From: Octopus sinensis
Taxonomy: Eukaryota
NCBI RefSeq assembly: GCF_006345805.1
Contig: NC_043008.1
Span: 71,176,001 to 71,240,000, forward strand
Length of the DNA stretch: 64,000 nucleotides
Direction of reading: 5' to 3'
Shown here: piece after piece, positions 55,270 through 64,000 of the stretch
How positions within the stretch are numbered: position 1 is the stretch's first letter
Layout of the letters: the number at the start of each line of letters is the position of its first letter
Notes under the pieces: generated by a model
The model's input: only the letters and a program-made list of their open reading frames with translations
Told to the model about the DNA's origin: nothing
Databases searched by the model: none
Program-made: the position numbers and the translations under genes

Positions 55270-56260
55270 TTTTGTCCCCACTTGTATCATTCTGTCTGTC
55301 TTTGTACCGTCCCCTCTGTGTTCGGGCCTCTGTACCCATTAAAGAAGCAACGCGACCTTGAAAAGCATTGAATCGCTCAGTGTTGAATTGTTGTCGTTGC
55401 GGATAGGTTGTCCTTTGTTTAAAGTCCTCACTAGCGGGGTTGCAATTATTAAAACTTTGTTGGAGTTGTTAAATCCCAATGGGAGCGAAAGTCGCAGTGA
55501 GCAGTGGAAGAGCTGCAAAAGTGTATCGGGAGCTGCACTTCAGTGGCAGGCCGAGAGAATATAACAGCTGCTGTGAGACAAATGGAAGTCAAGGAAGTGT
55601 CTGTCGACTTTGAAATGGTGAGAGGCAGCCAGGTATTAATTCAAAGAGAGGGGGCAAGATTAGAAATGACTGCACTCAAAGATATAACGGAGTAAGAGAG
55701 AGAAAATGGTGTTTTATAGAGCCCTGTTACAGACAATCTGGAGGTGGAGATGGCTTGGAGGATGTAAGGAGTGATATTGAATTTTGCTGCAGAGGAGGAA
55801 GGTTTGGTGAAGTGGTGGTACGCTTCCCTACTGAGGAGGGGGCAGTTATGTGCTCCACTGTGGCATTGAAGAGAGAAAAATGGACGATCCAGCCAACATA
55901 TCTCAGGAAAGGAGTGGTAAGAGTGAGGATTGGCATGGTGCGCTCTGAGATTAATGAGATATTTCGAGTGCGGACTGAAGGGTCACATAAGGATAAAGTG
56001 CCCCCAGACTCTTTAACCTGAAGGACAAGCCAAAAAACCCCCCAAAAAACTGGATGAATCAACGGAAGAGCAAGAGAAGCGTAATGAGGAAGCTCCAGAT
56101 GAAGGGGAAGAGAAGCAGTAAGAGGAAAGAATGTTGTGTCACCGTACTGAACCCTTTTCTGGTAAAGTTGAATTTTATATTTCAGTGCTGCCGTGCTATA
56201 CCTCAAATGTATGAAATAGATTGCTTTCTCCCAAACCCTCCGTGACACTCCGAGAAAACC
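55270..56260 (+). mobile_element. Putative LINE 3' end (55270-55350) followed head-to-tail by LINE 5'UTR/ORF1 fragment
   Basis: RFPTEEGAVMCSTVALKREKWTIQPTYLRKGVVRVRIG; upstream segment resembles the SINE A tail. Confidence 0.55.
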
Positions 56261-56519
56261 CCAAAATCCACGCCCCAGCGATCACCCCCTCACCCCGTGT
56301 TAAGAACATCTGATCTAAACAATATAATAGATTTCCCTATTAAACCAGATTATATTTTTAATGTTGTATATTAAGTCTCGTTTTGCCTTGTGAATACTGC
56401 AACTAAAATTAGTTCATATCTCTATTACCGTGGTTTATATAGGCTATGTACTGAATTAATTCCTCGTTCAGTGACTGCTGCGTAAGACATGAAAATGCAC
56501 AAGTGCATATGTATATATT

Positions 56520-56897
56520 CTTTTATTTTTTAGCTGTTTTAGTCATTTGGCTGCTACCATGCTGGAGAACAACCTTTATTCGAACAAATCGACCCCAGGA
56601 CTTATTCTTTGGAAGCCTGATACTTATTCTATCGATCTCTTTTGCCCAACCGCTAATTTACGGTGACGTAAACACATCAACATTGATTGTCAAGCGACGG
56701 TGGGAGGACAAATACAGGCACATACACAAATATACGACGGGCTTCTTTCAGTTTCCGTCTACTAAATCCACTCACAAGGCTATGGTCGGCGCCTGGCTAT
56801 AGAAGAAAACACTTGCCCAAGGCGCCATAAAGTGGGGCTGAACCCGGAACCATGTGGTTGGAAAGCAAGCATCTTACTACAAAGCCATTCCTGCTCC
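56520..56897 (-). mobile_element. SINE family B
   Basis: Same modules as other B copies; very short internal microsatellite. Confidence 0.88.
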
Positions 56898-56906
56898 TAT
56901 ACATGT

Positions 56907-57001
<95 letters not shown>

Positions 57002-57214
57002 GAATAAATATATGTATAAATGTAATAAATGTAAGATCCAGGGATCTAGCTGCAGGAAGAAAGTTAGCTTTGAGCAATCCGTAGTGAATATAAATAAACA
57101 TTTTTCAGGAACAATATTCGTTTATTGAGACGGAAGGTTGCGGATTTTTCCTTTTATCGATGAGCTGAAACAAAGTTCTTTATATGTTCCTCGGTAGGCA
57201 ACCAGGCAACCATA

Positions 57215-59275
57215 GGAAATCCGCGATACATATGTTTCATAGCGAATGGGACCTTAGAAGTAATAAAATCCAAATGAGGTGTACACCACTGTCTACTATT
57301 AAGGCTGAGGATATCTTGATTAGATTAATGTTTACATTGTTGCCAGGAAGTACATGTTGATGCAAAGTTTCAATCATAATATGTGGTGGGCACACTATGT
57401 GAGGGTATATAATTGAGCGGAAATCTCTCTCTATATAAACGGCAGTTTGTCTGTGCGTGTTTCTGTGTGTCTGTTTGCTTGTACCCTCACCCTGACCACG
57501 GCTTTCAACCGATTCTGATGAAACTTGACACACACATAGCCCAATGTCATAATTCAAAACTAACGCACCGAAAATTTTGAAAAGTTCCCCCAGTTCTGAA
57601 AAAAATCGATAAATTCGATATGGGGTCGAGAATCAGAAACACAAACCGCAAACTGTCTAGGGGACGCAACTCCACCTTTTTTACTCTAAAAAAAAATTTA
57701 CCATCATTTTTTTCCATTTTTTGGCTATAACTCTCTAAAAATGCTTTATAGTTATTTCCCTTACAAACCTGAGCAACGCCGGGCGATACTGCTAGTTAAG
57801 TAATAGAAGGGAAGAAGGAAGAGAAAAATAAATAAATAAAATAAAATATAGGAGTGTGAGAGAAAGGCGGAAATGGACGGGTCAGTTGTACATAATAAAA
57901 GAGTTTAAGCTTATTCACAGAATTTAATAGTGCGATTGACATTTTAAGAGAAAAGATATTGGAGAGGGTGGGGAAATAGTTTTGGCCGTGGGGGGACAAA
58001 AGAAAGTATGTCTAAATGAAGCAAGGTAGGGTGGGGAATTTAGGTACGGTTAGTGGTTTCATGGTGAACACCCCCACACTCACCTATGCAGTTTCAGACA
58101 TCCAAACTTCTATCCTTTAGATAACCGCTGTCTCATGAAAAACATAGTTTATAAGTGCACAGTATCAACTAACAACTGAAACTACATTTACATCGGCTCA
58201 TGTAGCTCTACCTTCAAAGCTAGTGTGAGCAATCACTACTCTCGCTTAAAATCCTTTAAAAATCAAACGGTACATCCATTATCTCAACTAATCAATAAAC
58301 TAACGCTTGACTCAACTATTTAAACTCTTAAATGGTCCACAATCACCCACGCTAAATTTTACAGAGGACCTAATAATAATTTCGATTCCTGCAAAGCCGA
58401 GGTCATGGCAATTTTGCAATCCAATGAACGTAGCAGTGTAATATTCACCTGCAAACATCGAGTACTAAATCTATTCTCGAAATACAAATGATTGCAACCT
58501 CATCCCGCTTTTGTCTTCCCATATTCTTTTTCCACTCATCCACCCCTCACTACCACTGCGTATTAAACCAACAATATTTTTCTCCCATTTTAATTCCTTA
58601 ATCGTATTTTTACTTACTACCTAAAATATATTTCCCTTCTTATATTTTTACTCCCTCCACTCCTACCCCCTCCATTCGTAAACATACAAGTACATACGGC
58701 TAGAGACATCTTCACCACTTCGCTTGTATCCTTTTTTTGTACCAATTTATGCCTTTGACCATAAAACAACTAGTCGTACTTAAACTCCCCACCCTACCTT
58801 GCTTTATTCATACATACTTTCTTTTGTCCTCCACGATCAAAACAACTTCCCCACCCTCTCCTCTCCAATTTCTTTTCTCTTTAAATGCCAATAGCATTAT
58901 AGAATTCTGTGATTAAGCTAAAACTACTTTATTATCTACCACCGACCCGTCCAATTCCTCTTTTCTCTCACTCTCGTATATATTATTCTATCTCATTTTA
59001 TTTATTTATTTATTTTCTCTCTCTTCTTTCTTCCCTTCTATTACTTATTTCTCCCCTCATTTATATATGCCTTACATACTGTGTCCTCTACACACTTTGA
59101 TTGAAACTTTGCATCGACATTTACCTCCTTGTGGTTACGTAACCGTTAATCTAATCAAGATATACTCGGCATGAAGGGTAGTCAGCGGTATACACCTCAT
59201 TTTGGATTTTTCCATTACTGAGGTTCCACTAGCTATGAATCATATGTATCCCGGATTTCACATACTCCATTCCGT
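57215..59275 (+). mobile_element. Penelope-like element with inverted 5' pseudo-LTR
   Basis: Central PLDNRCLMKNIVYKCTVSTNN*NYIYIGSCSSTFKASVSNH (GIY-YIG); 57215-58052 (minus the Helitron) is an inverted copy of 58770-59275. Confidence 0.85.
57424..57795 (+). mobile_element. Non-autonomous Helitron
   Basis: A|TC 5' end, 3' hairpin CCTGAGCAACGCCGGG then CTAG|T; no TSD; empty site present in the opposite pseudo-LTR arm. Confidence 0.85.
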
Positions 59276-59974
59276 AAGTCTTGTATGTATGTATATATAT
59301 ATTAGTGGGACTAATAGAAATTCCACTGAATGGAAAAATTAAGAGCATCTTAAAGGATGATTTGCATTTTAAAGTCATTCATGGTTTAGCTTTCATTAAA
59401 AAGTTTTAAAGTTCATCTACATTCCATTCCTCGGGTGTCTGTCGGTGACGTGATGTAATGAATATTATATTTTCTCGCTGTTCATCTCTGATCCGTGCAC
59501 TATATCCGCGCATCCTTTCTCAGGCAGCTTGCAACCGTGTTCCTTATGAATCCGGAGTTTAGGCTAAAGTAACTCTTATAAACAAATATCAATTTTTTAG
59601 CGAGCAGACGATAAATAATTGCAATGGTCGCTATAAAAACAAATTAGTTCAATTAAAGTAGTATTTTTCATTATCAACACATCTCCATTACTGCTATCTC
59701 CTCACCTCTCTCATTCTCTCTCTTTCTCAGTATAACTACCGCCCATGTCCATCCCTACCTTTCCCATTAGCTGACAACATTTGGCCTATGTAGATTACTA
59801 TTAACCACCTTTCTCTTCTTCTTCATCTCTTCTTTCTTCATCTCTTCTTTCTTCACTCCTCCCTCTCTCTTACTCTACTTGTCACTCAGTCCACCTCCAT
59901 AACTAATTTCTAGCAGGCGAAGGAACAAACAGATTACACACACACAAACATACACACACACACACACATGCACG

Positions 59975-60024
<50 letters not shown>

Positions 60025-60942
60025 TACAACTGGTTGTCTAGAAAGAAACAGATAGTTGGCATGTGACACTGACTAGAAGTATATTCAGAACCAAAAGATG
60101 ATTGAAAATTATTTTGTAATAATTAAAAGATACATGACCATCAACATCTGTTTCCGAAAAAGCAATACTGTACAAATCTGGTGTCATCTTATAATCTCCA
60201 TTTAGAATATTTCCAAATCAAAGTTCTAAGAACTGATTCCAAGAGTAATAGTAAATTGCGGTGTTTCCCGGTAAACGCATTTTAATCCTTATAAATATAG
60301 GAGTTAGCTTGTTTTTGCATTACTGTGATATGTTCTATGCAATATAGTGCATAGTGAAATTACGCGTTAAACTGATGTGGTCGGTCACCTTACTTTTCTC
60401 CCGGCTCTAATTTGTCCCTTGGTTAATAAAGCAGTACTAAGCAAGTATTAAATTCGATGGAACAGACTACACCACACCTCAAAAAGTTGCATGGTATAAT
60501 ATCTGTATTGAAAATCCTTATTAATATACGCACGGGGACACACTATAGAAAGAGAAGAAAGAAAATTTTGTGTAAGAAATGCTTCAGTAGATGTTTACCT
60601 TGTAATCTTAATAATCATATTTATTCACGAATCTTACAGTATTAATAAATATATTGTGTAACTATTAAAATATATATGGTGTTTATCCAGCAACATTTAT
60701 CTACCCATATGTTTACTTAATATTATTTTCGTTATAGATTTTATTAAACAATATTAAAATAATCAAACAAGTACCTTACACACATCTTCGGTTAGAAGTA
60801 ATACCATACCTTCTATAAATTTTGTTTAGTTATCTCTATTTGATGTGTTTATTATTCAGAGGCAGGAACTATTTTTTTTGTCTTTCTTTGCTATAAGCAG
60901 TATATATTTTTTGTTTAATTTTATCGAACATTATAAGAATTT

Positions 60943-61019
<77 letters not shown>

Positions 61020-61699
61020 GCATATATACATACGTATATATACATACATCTATACGTTTATATATATGCACGCGCACTCTATACGTTTTTTAATCTTTCG
61101 TTTTTCGCTTTTTTCTCGCTTTCTCTCTCTTATTCTTTTACCTCCTCTTCTCCCACTAGTCTATGCTATTACTCTATCACTCTCTCTCTCCCCCACTCCA
61201 CCTCCCTTGCTCACGTGGCTCCCACGTGACCATCGTCCATCTTTCTTTCTATCTCTCCGTTGTAGCTATAACAAGAAAGACGTGTTCTTGTTTGTCTCCT
61301 GTCCTAGCTTGATTTACGCATTTGCCACCACAAACTCGTTTAGGCTTAGCAGCCCTTCCTGATTGTTTTCACTGTCCAATTTGTTTTACCAATTTTGACC
61401 CTTCGTAAAATCTCAAATTTTATTTAATTTGCTTTGCGGAAGCAACTGTTTTACCGAGAGCGTACAATGTTGTTAAATGCTCTAAATACGACACTAGAAA
61501 AACAGCCAACAACTGATGAAGTTTCGTTCTTCATGTTGTTTGTTTTGTTTTCCATTTATGTCTTTCGTGGTTCGAAAGAATAGTTCATGTTCCATCTACT
61601 CGTGCTTCGTACTTTTTTTGTTGTACACGTTTCGTGAAGTCCTCTACCCCCACCCCATATATATGCGTATAATTGTACGTATGTATATATGCATATATA

Positions 61700-61930
61700 T
61701 GTATTATTCATATTATTATATGGTTGAACACCACGCATCCTCCACTATCCGGATTTCGCCATGATAGATCGCTAGCCACTAAACCTTTTTCTATTTTCTC
61801 TCCATATTTTTTGCTGTGTTCCTTCCTGTCGAAGAGCGTGGGCTCCAAACGTGAAAGACTTTTTCGTTTCCCGAGCGCTAAACTAATACACCTGTTTATA
61901 GTTCACATATCCGTCTTCGCCTTTTGTTTT
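61700..61930 (+). mobile_element. Penelope-type pseudo-LTR with decayed minimal hammerhead
   Basis: GTCGAAGAGCGTGGGCTCCAAACGTG at about 61828-61853; homolog of 6025-6215. Confidence 0.6.
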
Positions 61931-61949
61931 AGTTTTTGTAAATCCTCAC

Positions 61950-62032
<83 letters not shown>

Positions 62033-62124
62033 CGTACGCAGGGATGCTTCTCTCTCTATCAATCTATTTATGAATATCTATCTAACTACCTATCAAACTA
62101 TTTATGTGTCTATCTAGTACCTAT

Positions 62125-62184
<60 letters not shown>

Positions 62185-62340
62185 TTATCTACCTATCTAC
62201 ATGTCCGACAAGCTGTCAGTCTGTTTGTCGGACTTTCTGTCTAGCTACGTGTACCTGTGTAAGTATATATGTGTGTGTATGTAAGTATATATGTTCGTAT
62301 GCATATATAGATGTGTCTGTGTGTATGTGTGCGTTTGAAT

Positions 62341-62432
<92 letters not shown>

Positions 62433-62764
62433 AGAGAGAGAGAGAGGAGAGGTTTTGCGAGACAGCGAGACGAAAGAATCGCTTAGGAACGTATTTTTCT
62501 CGGAATGGAAGGAAACGAGGAAACTGATGTCTTTTATAGTAACTAAAAGTACGAATTTTACAAGTTTATTTAAATTTACAATGGATGGATAGGTGTCCCC
62601 ACCTTGTTTGTTGTTACCACTTCATGAAATGAAATACTTTGCTAGAGACCAGAACGTAACACCCGGTTCAGGAATCAAAAATACACACTTTATGATCATG
62701 AGTTCAGTACTCCGAATCATTAAGCTACGTGGATCTACACTATGAGACTAGACACAAACACACA

Positions 62765-62839
<75 letters not shown>

Positions 62840-62851
62840 ATATATATATAT

Positions 62852-62961
<110 letters not shown>

Positions 62962-63069
62962 ACTACCTACTACTACAATTATGTATATTTGCATACATGT
63001 GTACGGAAAGATATTTCACTCTTTCTTTAGTTCATAATGATATAATGAATTAATCATATTCTTTTCTAC

Positions 63070-63648
63070 ACTATGCACAAGGCCCGAAATTTTGGAGGAG
63101 GGGCAAGATTGAACCCAGTACACAACTGATACTTAATTTATCGATCCCGAAAGAATGAAAGACAAAGATGACCTCTGAACTCAGAACGTAAAGACAGATG
63201 AAATATGCTAAGCATTTCGCCCAGCGTGCTATCATTTCTGCCACCTCGCCGCCTTACTTACTTTTACCAAATATTTTTTTCTATTCTAGGCACAAGGCCT
63301 AAAATTTTTGGGGCGGTAGCCAGTCAACTGGATCGATCCCCGTACAAAACTGGTACTTAATTGATCGACACCGAGAGGATGAAAGACAAAGACGACCTAA
63401 GCGGAATTTGAATTCAGAACAAAAGACTGACGAAATACGCTAAGCATTTCGCCCGGCTTGGTAACGTCTCTTATTTCTTTACTGCCCACAAGGGGCTAAA
63501 CATAGAGGGAACAAACAAGTTCGTAACTGGTACTTATTTAATCGACCCCGAAAGGATGAAAGGCAAAGTCGACCTCGGCGGAACTTGAACTCAGAATGTA
63601 AAGACAGATGAAATACTGCTAAGCATTTCACCCGGCTTGCTAACGTGT
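63070..63648 (-). mobile_element. Cluster of three head-to-tail SINE family A copies with two tail types
   Basis: Two copies end in AGGCCTTGTGC; the third ends in AGCCCCTTGTGGGCAGTAAAGAAATAAGA with an internal deletion. Confidence 0.85.
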
Positions 63649-64000
63649 ATCAAATATTGTTAGATATACAGTGGATTATTAACATTTTAAAAACTGTCTC
63701 TAAAAAAGAATTCGATTAATATTACTAAAATAATAAATGAACAAATTCTCAACAGAACGTACTTTAAGTGACTTGAAAAATTTGTATTATCAAAGAATTT
63801 CTGAAACCGAATAATTTATTTCTATATTTAGTTTCATGACCGATGCAATCAACACTATTTTAAGTCCAGCTCCATCAACTATTCTGAGATTGCAAATATA
63901 TTATATGATTAATGCTTGTAGTTACACCCATACAAAGAAATTCAACATGTGCTTCTGTTAAAGCGCTTGTTATCTGCCAAATATTTTATTTATTAACATT

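Noticed and set aside
61440-61535. Third permuted hammerhead (CTGTTTT..GAAAAACAG..CTGATGAAG)
   Set aside because: Stem I partner is not adjacent to the putative cleavage triplet and stem II is absent.

Overview
This is AT-rich eukaryotic, repeat-saturated DNA, most likely from an octopus or related cephalopod (inferred from the SINE families and microsatellite density, not verified). I found no confidently supportable host gene, rRNA, true tRNA or CRISPR array. Most listed ORFs are microsatellite read-throughs (IYIY, CVCV, THTH and similar) or decayed transposon fragments. The window holds three tRNA-derived SINE families (arbitrarily A, B, D), many Penelope-like element (PLE) remnants with GIY-YIG endonuclease fragments and pseudo-LTRs, CR1-, RTE- and Tx1/L1-like LINE fragments, three mariner remnants and one non-autonomous Helitron with verifiable ends. 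The best lead is two separate retroelement-associated loci (15153-15214 on +, 8090-8140 on -). In both, the three hammerhead ribozyme core segments occur in a non-circularly permuted order, with stems I and III in register. Blocks of unexplained, decayed coding-like sequence at about 21.2-23.8 kb and 26-30.3 kb remain unidentified. All translations and alignments were done by eye, and boundaries are approximate unless stated.
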